NCBI GenBank assembly: GCA_951406725.2
Contig: OX597839.1
Coordinates: forward strand, 30,938,001 to 31,002,000
Length of the DNA stretch: 64,000 nt
Direction of reading: 5' to 3'
Source: Octopus vulgaris
Lineage: Eukaryota
Shown: one piece after another, positions 12,447 through 22,751 of the stretch
How positions within the stretch are numbered: the first letter of the stretch is position 1
How the letters are laid out: every line of letters begins with the position of its first letter
Notes under the pieces: generated by a model
Told to the model about the DNA's origin: nothing
What the model saw: only the letters and a program-made list of their open reading frames with translations
Database searches by the model: none
Program-made: the position numbers and the translations under genes

Positions 12447-14299
12447 CGCCAAAAGAAATATCGGTACTTTTTGTGGTTGTCTCCTTCAACTAAAAATATT
12501 GCTTAACCCTCAATAGAACAAAAAAAAAAGTGAAAAAAATTAATAAACGTAAAAAGTGAAACGATGAAACATCGTTTTGAATCTGATATTTTTATAACAA
12601 ATCATACAAAACTGAAAAAAAAACAGTAATAAACATGAAAACAGAAAAAAAAAATAAATATGGAAACCAAAAAAAATTAAACATCTTACTGAGTCTGATA
12701 ATATTTTTTACAAGAAATCCTCGAATGCCTATTGAGGATGCCAAACGTCAAAAACGTGTTGATGTATTGAGTCAAAAAGGTCTCTTTTGATCCAATCTAT
12801 CACTACATTAACTTGATTTTTAGTAGGGACATATGCCAGTTTTTTAATGGGGGTGATATAACCAAAAAGTACCATTAATTCTTGTCATATTTACACGAAT
12901 TCATATCGAGGAATTCTGGACCAAAAATAATAATAAAAGAAAAAAGACTTTCGTTCCCTTTTTGGTGGCTACAACCAAGGACTCCGTTGTTTAACAATAA
13001 GTCGACTTATTTATCTCCCAAACAATTTAAGTCATCGATGAGAACTGTCGGTTCTCATGGAAACTAGCAAAGACGAGATGAAACCTATTATGTGGTCTCT
13101 CAATCTGCTCGAAATAGCAGCCAAATCCTCTTTAAACTATTCCATAATCTCAGGAAGGAAAGGACATTAAATGGTGTTGTTGGAGTTATTGGTGTTTTTC
13201 ATTTATAATTAGAGCACTAATGCATCGTAAAATGGGCTGAAATTGTCAGTGATACCAAATATGTTTATTATATGCATTCATAAACAGAATGTCCAATGTA
13301 TCTATGGTATACATACAGTAAACATATTTATCACCTTATTACGATGCACAGGTGCTCTAATTACGATTTAAAAAAAAACAATACCCACCAACTACGTCAT
13401 GTAACGTTGCTATTTCTCTTTTTGTTTTAAAATTTTGTTCCAATTGTTTTCAAAATTGGTGTAGTTTTGTATGCTAATTTGGAACATAAAATTCATTTTT
13501 GCCATAAATTAATGACTAATAAGTTAATAGCTTGCAAAATTTAGCCAATCAAAAGCCATAGACACATTGGTGCCTGTTTCCATAGTAACAGGCCAAACTG
13601 TAGTCTGCTTAGAACTACCACTGTGTATTCTTGTTTTCTTTTTACAGGTATCTGTATTCTTGTTTCTGATTCCTCTTTCCTCTACTACCTTCTTTCTTTT
13701 CTTTCTCCACAGATGCCAGATGTTGGGACATCAGTGACTAAGCCGGGAACCCCACAGAGTTTGCTTTGTGAAGAGGGTGCTTTTCTGGCTATTTGGTCAC
13801 CCTGAAGGGTTAAATACAAGACCTGTGAAAGTGCAGGTGAACTCAGCCACCCAAATAAGCCACTCTTGTAATTAGTTATGCTGCTTATTGAACCCTTACC
13901 CTCTTAAAACAGCAGCGATAAATAACAGCCCCACTGCCTTGAGGCAATACCCACTTAAGGGAAAGGCTTCAGGAGTAAACCCTGAGGATAAATCAGGAGC
14001 CGGAATTTCTAAGGCAGTTCAATGCTGTAGACCTCCCTCTGGCCATTCCTGTGGCCTCGCTGATGCCAAGTTGTATTGGCCCCTGCCCTTCGCTTGGATA
14101 ACACTGGTGGCAGAGAAGAGGTTGGGGCAACTGCTGATCTCCCACGAAAAACTGCCCAGGCCTGCACTCTGGAGAGAACACTCCAGCGCTGTCTAACCAT
14201 ATTATTCTACGGGTTTAAGCCTGCACATAATTGGTGTAAGAGCAAGGCATGGGGGGGCTACTTTTGATGGAGGGAGAGGCCATTGTGCCTCACTGGACA

Positions 14300-14790
14300 G
14301 CTACCACTTGCCTCAAGCTGGGCAGCTCACAGCCAGTTTAGGTATTCTCCCATCACAGCCCACCAGCTCCATCGGGTGCGTGGACCTTAGGGAAACTACG
14401 ATCCCGATTTGTGAGCTGCAAACATTGCACCAAGAAAAACAAAGAAACAGGCAAGCAAGCAACACAAAAAGCCAGCATTCAGTCTGGCCTGGATGTTGGA
14501 AGGTAGTGACACATGCAAGACAGCAATGATCAACAACAGACTGCTTATGACTCCGAGTGGACATTGCAGCACTCCAGGAAATGTGGGTTCCAGATTTGGG
14601 AACCCTTCGTGAAAGAGACTATAGCTTTATCTGGCAAGGGAGCATGATGTTGGCTTTGCCATGAAGAACTCTGCTAAAGTTGGTAGAACTCAACAGTGAC
14701 GGTTCATAGTGGATATTCCCATTTCAATTGCACACTTCTGATGGGCCTGTTAACCTTATCAGTACTTATGCTCAAACATTCCATTCCTCA
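14300..14790 (+). mobile_element. Old RTE-clade LINE 5'/endonuclease remnant
   Basis: Degenerate nucleotide similarity to the RTE APE remnant at 23965-24585 (GACATTGCAGCACTCCAGGA, CATGATGTTGGCTTTGC, ACTTATGCTC). Confidence 0.55.
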
Positions 14791-14809
14791 CAAGGCTCTC
14801 AAGCCCCGT

Positions 14810-15170
14810 GCTAGTAGGGTGTTAAGAGCACCATCCGAGCGTGATCGTTGCCAGAGCGGCTAACTGGCCTCTGAGCCAGTGGCATGTAAAAGACACCATT
14901 TGAGCGTGATTCTTACCAATGTCGCCTTACTGGCACCTGTGCTGGTGGCATGTGTAAAAGATTCGAGCGCTGTCATTGCCAGTGACACGTAAAAGCACCC
15001 ACTACACTCTCAGAGTGGTTGGCGTTAGGAAGGGCTTCCAGCTGTAGAAACTCTACCAGTTCAAGATTGGAGCCTGGTGCAGCCACCTGGTTCGCCAGTC
15101 CTCAGTCAAATCATCCAACCCATGCTAGCATGGAAAGCGGACGTTAAACGATGATGATGATGATGATGAT
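14810..15170 (+). mobile_element. SINE/RTE-related repeat with (GAT)n tail
   Basis: Ends CCAACCCATGCTAGCATGGAAAGCGGACGTTAAAC(GAT)n. The same family occurs on the minus strand at ~24733, ~31957, ~40256, 46325 and 63585. Confidence 0.75.
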
Positions 15171-15894
15171 AATAACACCCTGTGCAAGTGACTTCTGTAT
15201 GTAGCCTCGGGCTGACCAGTGTATATAACCACAGGCTGATGCGTGTGTGTTTCCCTCCGCCACCACCTGACAACTGGTATCAGTGTATTTAGGTCACTGT
15301 GACGTAGCAGTTCAGCAAAAAGCAAACTGGTCATCTTCGATTCTTACAACCCGTTTCAATCAATACTCAATAATCTAATTACAAATTTACATTTACGTGT
15401 CAGGAGTGTAATTTCATCAGAGGGAAAAAACATAACTTTGGATGTTATATTATATGGGCTTATCCATTTATTTTGACATGACCAGTTTGCTGTTGATAAT
15501 AAACAATTCTTAACTTCCTTATCTCCATTTTCTTTTCTCCTTTATACACACACACACACACACACATATATATCAGGGTATCAGACATTTTGCTGTTATA
15601 CACCACTGGTTACAATGCACCTCTACACACAGTTGTAGCTGTTGAATGTTACCCCCCTGCTGCCCAGGTGGACGAAGCCAACATATCCCCCCCACCCCCG
15701 GCAAATAGAATGCCATTCCATTACAGGTTTACCCCTTTGCAGCCGAGTGGACTGGGGTTCAGGTGAAAGAAAGTGTTTTGCTTGAATTCATAAGCATCCA
15801 GGGTATTAAAACATTAATCTAGTGATGTGGAGTGCAACGTCCTAACCATTAAGACGTCTTTACACACACGAAAATACACAAACATACACACACA

Positions 15895-15928
<34 letters not shown>

Positions 15929-16505
15929 GAGGAAGTTCCTGGTTTTCAGGATATGCTAATCCCTCGACTATCGTAGGTGCTATGTTCCGGAACCCCCTGT
16001 GATAGGGGAAAATCCACAAAGTAGAAACAGTACTGTATATATACTCTTTTTTACTCTCTTTTACTTGTTTCAGTCATTTGACTGCGGCCATGCTGGAGCA
16101 CCGCCTTCAATCGAGCAACTCGACACCGGGACTTATTCTTTTGTAAGCCCAGTACTTATTCTATCGGTCTCTTTTTGCCGAACCGCTAAGTAACGGGGAC
16201 ATAAACGCACCAGCATCGGTTGTCAAGCAATGCTAGGGAGACAAACACAGACACACAAACACACATACATATATATATATATATACATATATACGACAGG
16301 CTTCTTTCAGTTTCCGTCTACCAAATCCATTGGTCGGCCTGGGGCTATAGCAGAAGACACTTGCCCAAGATGCCACGCAGTGGGACTGAACCCGGAACCA
16401 TGTGGTTGGTTAGCAAGCTACTTACCACACAGCCACTCCTATGTATATTTTTTAATCATTTTTATAATTAGTATATATTTTATTATAAATACAAAACAAA
16501 CACCA
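15148..16505 (+). repeat. Partial copy of the cluster's duplicated spacer block
   Basis: Near-identical to 23026-23960, 30237-31187 and 38542-39487, apart from a SINE inserted at 16044-16440. Confidence 0.92.
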
Positions 16506-16560
16506 TGGAGGAATCGATGTAAGCTTAAAGAATAAACCGCGACACGGCGAGGGATTAGTG
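15954..16560. mobile_element. Tigger/pogo-like MITE interrupted by a SINE
   Basis: TA-flanked TIRs tgCTAATCCCTCG (15954) and CGAGGGATTAGtg (16548-16560). Only the left part survives in the three duplicated spacers. Confidence 0.65.
16044..16440 (-). mobile_element. tRNA-derived SINE (octopus-type), full length
   Basis: Minus-strand head AGGAGTGGCTGTGTGGTAAG..GGTTCAGTCCCACTG (A/B boxes) and tail GACTGAAACAAGTAAAAGAG. Absent at the paralogous site (~23890). Same family at 53388-53815 and 59428-59830. Confidence 0.85.
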
Positions 16561-17285
16561 TATCACGAAGGATCTGGTTGGAGGCCCAACCGTCCGAGGT
16601 CTTTTACAGGGCTTAGAAAAATGGAAGGGCCGCTGCAATAAGTGTGTGAATCTGAAAGGGGAATATGTTCAATAAAATCATAATTAACTGGTCCTTCTAT
16701 ATTTTCTTTTACCCAAAGCCAGGGAATTTTCAGGAGAGAAACAAGGAGAGAAAAAAATGTGTGTAGTGGCTAACGATCTATCATATACACTTAGCAAGAT
16801 GCAATGGAATGCTTTGAAGGAATGAATGAAGAACAATATTAATTAATTACTGAGATGGCCATTTATTAAGAATATAAAAGTGTTAATCATTACAATATTT
16901 AAGAAATACTCAAGATTCTTTAGTTGTGAGTGCAAAATTTGTTTGTAAATGTCCATTCTGTATAATTGTTTGCTACATCCGTGTGGCTGCCAGTGAGAAA
17001 GTCAGAATAAAAGGAATTAATGCAGATATGTCCATCACAGAAAAAGTTAGGCAAAAGAACTTCAGAAAGGTAATAATGAAAAATATTTATGCTACTAAGA
17101 TATATTTTAGTCAGATTCAATCTCATATAAACCTTATGTCTCCTTACTTTCCATAAAACAACAATATATTATTGTCTCTGATTCCAGAATATTTAAAACA
17201 ATTTGTGCCATTTTTAATTTTAGCCCGTGTTAATTAGCTTTTAGTATATAATAAAATGTTAATTTATCAGTTAAAAATCCAAGAT

Positions 17286-20200
17286 TCACAAAAGTTTTTC
17301 TCTTCCAGGAACTTGTATTCTTAGGTGTTTTCTTGTATCAGCTTTTCGAATGAAAACATTGAACATTTCCAGACTTTTAATGAAAGAATCCCAGAATTCA
17401 GGGAAAAACTCCCTTTTCAATAATGCAATCACAGCCTCAGTATCATTGTTAATCTCAGGCTGAGATTCAGTTTTGTTATCATCCATCTCATTAACAGTTA
17501 TCAAAAATGTGATGATGCTTGTTGGATAATTGGATAGCATTGTTCTCAGACTTTCATTAGTAATCTCATTAGAGTCTTCATCACATACAACAATAATATC
17601 AAAAAAACTAAATTCATTAAGAGGTATGGAAGCAATTTCTTCCATTAACGACTTTTGGTTTAAGATAAATGATACATCCCAGTCTGGAATATCTCTTGAA
17701 AAATGTTCGTGCAATATTTCGTTTTGTTCCAGACCTTCCACAATAAATATTTTCCTTTTATCTGTTTTTCCTTCCGATGGATTATTTTTCAAATCGAATT
17801 TTTTAGCAATGAAGATATTGAACATTTCCTCGTGTCTGAAGAAAGCTTCTATGTAGTCTTCAAAAATATTCCTTTTCACTATTCTGAAGACGGGTTTGGG
17901 GATCTGAGCATCACCAAAACTCACAGGTTTTGTGTCGGAATGAAAAACATAACCATTATCATCATTCCCATCAATAATTATCAAAAATGCGATGATGCTT
18001 GGTGGAAACTTTGGTAAGAGTTCTTTTTCAATACGAGCCAAAATTGTTTTCAGACTTTCATTAGTAATATGGTTACCCTCTTCATCGCATAAAACAATAA
18101 TATCAAAATAACTAAATTCATTCAGAGCTATGGAAGTAATTTGTTGCATTAACGACTTTTGGTTTAAAAGAAAAGACACATCCCAGTCTGGATTTCTTTC
18201 TGCAAAATGTTTGTGTAATTTTTCGTCTTGTTCCAGACCTTCCACAATAAATATTTTCCTTTTATCTGTTTTTCCTTCCGATGGATTATTTTTCATAAAA
18301 TTGCTTTCCAAATCGAATTTTTTAGCAATGAAGATATTGAACATTTCATCGTGTCTGAAGAAAGCTTCTATGTAGTCATCAAAAATATTCTTTTTCACTA
18401 TTCTGAAGACGGGTTTTGGAATCTGAACATCACCAAAACTCACAGGTTTTGTGTCGGAATGAAAAACATAACCACTATCATCATTCCCATCAACAATAAT
18501 CAAAAAAGTGATGATGCTTGGTGGAAACTTTGGTAAGAGTTCTTTTTCAATACGAGCCAAAATTGTTTTCAGACTTTCATTAGTAATATGGTTACCCTCT
18601 TCATCGCATAAAACAATAATATCAAAATAACTGAATTCATTTGGAGCTATGGAAGCAATTTTCTCCTTTAATTTGGTTAGAGAGCCTAAAATAAAAGACA
18701 CATCCCAGTCTGGATTTCTTTCTGCAAAATGTTTGTGTAATTTTTCGTCTTGTTCCAGACCTTCCACAATAAATATTTTCCTTTTATATGTTTTTCCTTC
18801 CGATGGATTATTTTTCATAAAATTGCTTTCCAAATCGAATTTTTTAGCAATGAAGATATTGAACATTTCATCGTGTCTGAAGAAAGCTTCTATGTAGTCT
18901 TCAAAAATATTCTTTTTCACTATTCTGAAGACGGGTTTGGGAATCTGAGCATCACCAAAACTCACAGGTTTTGTGTCGGAATGAAAAACATAACCGTTAT
19001 CATCATTCCCATCAATAATAATCAAAAAAGTGATGATGCTTGATGGAAACTTTGGTAAGAGTTCTTTTTCAATACGAGCCAAAATTGTTTTCAGACTTTC
19101 ATTAGTAATATGGTTACCCTCTTCATCGCATAAAACAATAATATCAAAATAACTGAATTCATTTGGAGCTATGGAAGCAATTTTCTCCTTTAATTTGGTT
19201 AGAGAGCCTAAAATAAAAGACACATCCCAGTCTGGATTTCTTTCTGCAAAATGTTTGTGCAATTTTTCGTCTTGTTCCAGACCTTCCACAATAAATATTT
19301 TCCTTTTATCTGTTTTTCCTTCCGATGGATTATTTTTCATAAAATTGCTTTCCAAATCGAATTTTTTAGCAATGAAGATATTGAACATTTCATCGTGTCT
19401 GAAGAAAGCTTCTATGTAGTCTTCAAAAATATTCTTTTTCACTATTCTGAAGACGGGTTTGGGAATCTGAGCATCACCAAAACTCACAGGTTTTGTGTCG
19501 GAATGAAAAACATAACCGTTATCATCATTCCCATCAATAATAATCAAAAAAGTGATGATGCTTGATGGAAACTTTGGTAAGAGTTCTTTTTCAATACGAG
19601 CCAAAATTGTTTTCAGACTTTCATTAGTAATATGGTTACCCTCTTCATCGCATAAAACAATAATATCAAAATAACTGAATTCATTTGGAGCTATGGAAGC
19701 AATTTTCTCCTTTAATTTGGTTAGAGAGCCTAAAATAAAAGACACATCCCAGTCTGGATTTCTTTCTGCAAAATGTTTGTGTAATTTTTCGTCTTGTTCC
19801 AGACCTTCCACAATAAATATTTTCCTTTTATCTGTTTTTCCTTCCGATGGATTATTTTTCATAAAATTGCTTTCCAAATCGAATTTTTTAGCAATGAAGA
19901 TATTGAACATTTCATCGTGTCTGAAGAAAGCTTCTATGTAGTCTTCAAAAATATTCTTTTTCACTATTCTGAAGACGGGTTTGGGAATCTGAGCATCACC
20001 AAAACTCACAGGTTTTGTGTCGGAATGAAAAACATAACCGTTATCATCATTCCCATCAATAATAATCAAAAAAGTGATGATGCTTGATGGAAACTTTGGT
20101 AAGAGTTCTTTTTCAATACGAGCCAAAATTGTTTTCAGACTTTCATTAGTAATATGGTTACCCTCTTCATCGCATAAAACAATAATATCAAAATAACTGA

Positions 20201-22751
20201 ATTCATTTGGAGCTATGGAAGCAATTTTCTCCTTTAATTTGGTTAGAGAGCCTAAAATAAAAGACACATCCCAGTCTGGATTTCTTTCTGCAAAATGTTT
20301 GTGCAATTTTTCGTCTTGTTCCAGACCTTCCACAATAAATATTTTCCTTTTATCTGTTTTTCCTTCCGATGGATTATTTTTCATAAAATTGCTTTCCAAA
20401 TCGAATTTTTTAGCAATGAAGATATTGAACATTTCATCGTGTCTGAAGAAAGCTTCTATGTAGTCTTCAAAAATATTCTTTTTCACTATTCTGAAGACGG
20501 GTTTGGGAATCTGAGCATCACCAAAACTCACAGGTTTTGTGTCGGAATGAAAAACATAACCGTTATCATCATTCCCATCAATAATAATCAAAAAAGTGAT
20601 GATGCTTGATGGAAACTTTGGTAAGAGTTCTTTTTCAATACGAGCCAAAATTGTTTTCAGACTTTCATTAGTAATATGGTTACCCTCTTCATCGCATAAA
20701 ACAATAATATCAAAATAACTGAATTCATTTGGAGCTATGGAAGCAATTTTCTCCTTTAATTTGGTTAGAGAGCCTAAAATAAAAGACACATCCCAGTCTG
20801 GATTTCTTTCTGCAAAATGTTTGTGTAATTTTTCGTCTTGTTCCAGACCTTCCACAATAAATATTTTCCTTTTATCTGTTTTTCCTTCCGATGGATTATT
20901 TTTCATAAAATTGCTTTCCAAATCGAATTTTTTAGCAATGAAGATATTGAACATTTCATCGTGTCTGAAGAAAGCTTCTATGTAGTCATCAAAAATATTC
21001 TTTTTCACTATTCTGAAGACGGGTTTGGGAATCTGAGCATCACCAAAACTCACAGGTTTTGTGTCGGAATGAAAAACATAACCGTTATCATCATTCCCAT
21101 CAATAATAATCAAAAAAGTGATGATGCTTGATGGAAACTTTGGTAAGAGTTCTTTTTCAATACGAGCCAAAATTGTTTTCAGACTTTCATTAGTAATATG
21201 GTTACCCTCTTCATCGCATAAAACAATAATATCAAAATAACTGAATTCATTTGGAGCTATGGAAGCAATTTTCTCCTTTAATTTGGTTAGAGAGCCTAAA
21301 ATAAAAGACACATCCCAGTCTGGATTTCTTTCTGCAAAATGTTTGTGCAATTTTTCGTCTTGTTCCAGACCTTCCACAATAAATATTTTCCTTTTATCTG
21401 TTTTTCCTTCCGATGGATTATTTTTCATAAAATTGCTTTCCAAATCGAATTTTTTAGCAATGAAGATATTGAACATTTCATCGTGTCTGAAGAAAGCTTC
21501 TATGTAGTCTTCAAAAATATTCTTTTTCACTATTCTGAAGACGGGTTTGGGAATCTGAGCATCACCAAAACTCACAGGTTTTGTGTCGGAATGAAAAACA
21601 TAACCGTTATCATCATTCCCATCAATAATAATCAAAAAAGTGATGATGCTTGATGGAAACTTTGGTAAGAGTTCTTTTTCAATACGAGCCAAAATTGTTT
21701 TCAGACTTTCATTAGTAATATGGTTACCCTCTTCATCGCATAAAACAATAATATCAAAATAACTGAATTCATTTGGAGCTATGGAAGCAATTTTCTCCTT
21801 TAATTTGGTTAGAGAGCCTAAAATAAAAGACACATCCCAGTCTGGATTTCTTTCTGCAAAATGTTTGTGTAATTTTTCATCTTGTTCCAAACCTTCCAGA
21901 ATAAAAACTTTCCTTTTGTCTCCTGTTTCTTCTACTGGTTTCTTATCTCCAAGACTTTTTTCCCATAGGAATTTTATATCAATGAAAATATTGAACGTTT
22001 CCTCACTTTTTAAGAAAGCTTCTAGGAATCCATGCAAGAACTTTATTTTCAATATTCTAAGGACTGGTTTGCGAATCTTAGCATCCCTAAAACTCACGGG
22101 TTTTGTGTCGGAATGAAAAACATAACCACTATCATCATTCCCATCAACAATAATCAAAAAAGTGATGATGCTTGGTGGAAACTCCGGTAAGAGTTCTTTT
22201 TCAATACGAGGCAAAATTGTTTTCAGACTTTCATTAGTAATATAATTATAGTCTTCATCGCATAAAACAATAATATCAAAATAACTGAACTTATTCTCTG
22301 GTACGGAACCAATTACCTCCTTTAATTTGTTTATAGAACCTAAATGATTTGATACTTCCCAGTCTGGATTTTTTCTTGAAAAACATTCAAGTAATATTTC
22401 GTCTTGTTCCATACCTTCCAGAATAAATACTCTCCGTTTGTCTCTTGCTTGTGGCATTGGTTTTTCTTCAACAACTTCTCTTTCCATTTTCGGTAAGTGT
22501 TCTTGGAATAGTTTGTTTAAAGATTCGTTTCCTGTTTTGGAAAGAATCTTCACAAACGTTTGAGGAGGACAACTTCTTTTTGTTAAAATGTTCAACATTT
22601 CTCGAATTTTGTCGCTGTCTTTCTTTTCTGATCTTATACTTTCATAATTGCTCTCTGTGATATGTTCACCAGACTGTAAATAATCCAGAACATCATCGAT
22701 TTGAGTGAGATTCCGGATAATTTGTGGCCGAAGTTTCACGTAAACATTCAT
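17286..22751 (-). CDS. Paralog 2: CARD-like domain + 10 copies of the repeat domain (1821 aa, single coding exon)
   Basis: 5.5-kb uninterrupted ORF with ATG at 22751 (the ORF track starts at an upstream TTG). Domain starts at 22442, 21920, 21398, 20876, 20354, 19832, 19310, 18788, 18266 (522-bp spacing) and 17762. Confidence 0.9.
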   Translation of the reverse strand: MNVYVKLRPQIIRNLTQIDDVLDYLQSGEHITESNYESIRSEKKDSDKIREMLNILTKRSCPPQTFVKILSKTGNESLNKLFQEHLPKMEREVVEEKPMPQARDKRRVFILEGMEQDEILLECFSRKNPDWEVSNHLGSINKLKEVIGSVPENKFSYFDIIVLCDEDYNYITNESLKTILPRIEKELLPEFPPSIITFLIIVDGNDDSGYVFHSDTKPVSFRDAKIRKPVLRILKIKFLHGFLEAFLKSEETFNIFIDIKFLWEKSLGDKKPVEETGDKRKVFILEGLEQDEKLHKHFAERNPDWDVSFILGSLTKLKEKIASIAPNEFSYFDIIVLCDEEGNHITNESLKTILARIEKELLPKFPSSIITFLIIIDGNDDNGYVFHSDTKPVSFGDAQIPKPVFRIVKKNIFEDYIEAFFRHDEMFNIFIAKKFDLESNFMKNNPSEGKTDKRKIFIVEGLEQDEKLHKHFAERNPDWDVSFILGSLTKLKEKIASIAPNEFSYFDIIVLCDEEGNHITNESLKTILARIEKELLPKFPSSIITFLIIIDGNDDNGYVFHSDTKPVSFGDAQIPKPVFRIVKKNIFDDYIEAFFRHDEMFNIFIAKKFDLESNFMKNNPSEGKTDKRKIFIVEGLEQDEKLHKHFAERNPDWDVSFILGSLTKLKEKIASIAPNEFSYFDIIVLCDEEGNHITNESLKTILARIEKELLPKFPSSIITFLIIIDGNDDNGYVFHSDTKPVSFGDAQIPKPVFRIVKKNIFEDYIEAFFRHDEMFNIFIAKKFDLESNFMKNNPSEGKTDKRKIFIVEGLEQDEKLHKHFAERNPDWDVSFILGSLTKLKEKIASIAPNEFSYFDIIVLCDEEGNHITNESLKTILARIEKELLPKFPSSIITFLIIIDGNDDNGYVFHSDTKPVSFGDAQIPKPVFRIVKKNIFEDYIEAFFRHDEMFNIFIAKKFDLESNFMKNNPSEGKTDKRKIFIVEGLEQDEKLHKHFAERNPDWDVSFILGSLTKLKEKIASIAPNEFSYFDIIVLCDEEGNHITNESLKTILARIEKELLPKFPSSIITFLIIIDGNDDNGYVFHSDTKPVSFGDAQIPKPVFRIVKKNIFEDYIEAFFRHDEMFNIFIAKKFDLESNFMKNNPSEGKTDKRKIFIVEGLEQDEKLHKHFAERNPDWDVSFILGSLTKLKEKIASIAPNEFSYFDIIVLCDEEGNHITNESLKTILARIEKELLPKFPSSIITFLIIIDGNDDNGYVFHSDTKPVSFGDAQIPKPVFRIVKKNIFEDYIEAFFRHDEMFNIFIAKKFDLESNFMKNNPSEGKTYKRKIFIVEGLEQDEKLHKHFAERNPDWDVSFILGSLTKLKEKIASIAPNEFSYFDIIVLCDEEGNHITNESLKTILARIEKELLPKFPPSIITFLIIVDGNDDSGYVFHSDTKPVSFGDVQIPKPVFRIVKKNIFDDYIEAFFRHDEMFNIFIAKKFDLESNFMKNNPSEGKTDKRKIFIVEGLEQDEKLHKHFAERNPDWDVSFLLNQKSLMQQITSIALNEFSYFDIIVLCDEEGNHITNESLKTILARIEKELLPKFPPSIIAFLIIIDGNDDNGYVFHSDTKPVSFGDAQIPKPVFRIVKRNIFEDYIEAFFRHEEMFNIFIAKKFDLKNNPSEGKTDKRKIFIVEGLEQNEILHEHFSRDIPDWDVSFILNQKSLMEEIASIPLNEFSFFDIIVVCDEDSNEITNESLRTMLSNYPTSIITFLITVNEMDDNKTESQPEINNDTEAVIALLKREFFPEFWDSFIKSLEMFNVFIRKADTRKHLRIQVPGREKLL
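18267..21920 (-). repeat. Seven near-identical coding tandem repeats of 522 bp (174 aa)
   Basis: Exact 522-bp period with only scattered SNPs between units. The reading frame is preserved throughout. Confidence 0.97.

Noticed and set aside
16380-16440. tRNA genes
   Set aside because: The A/B-box segments are SINE heads with no full cloverleaf.
18267-21920. CRISPR-like or non-coding satellite array
   Set aside because: Units are 522 bp, contiguous, have no unique spacers and form one open reading frame in eukaryotic DNA.
17530-22660. Periodic plus-strand ORFs of 70-110 aa
   Set aside because: They are antisense shadows of the repeat CDS and mostly use non-ATG starts.
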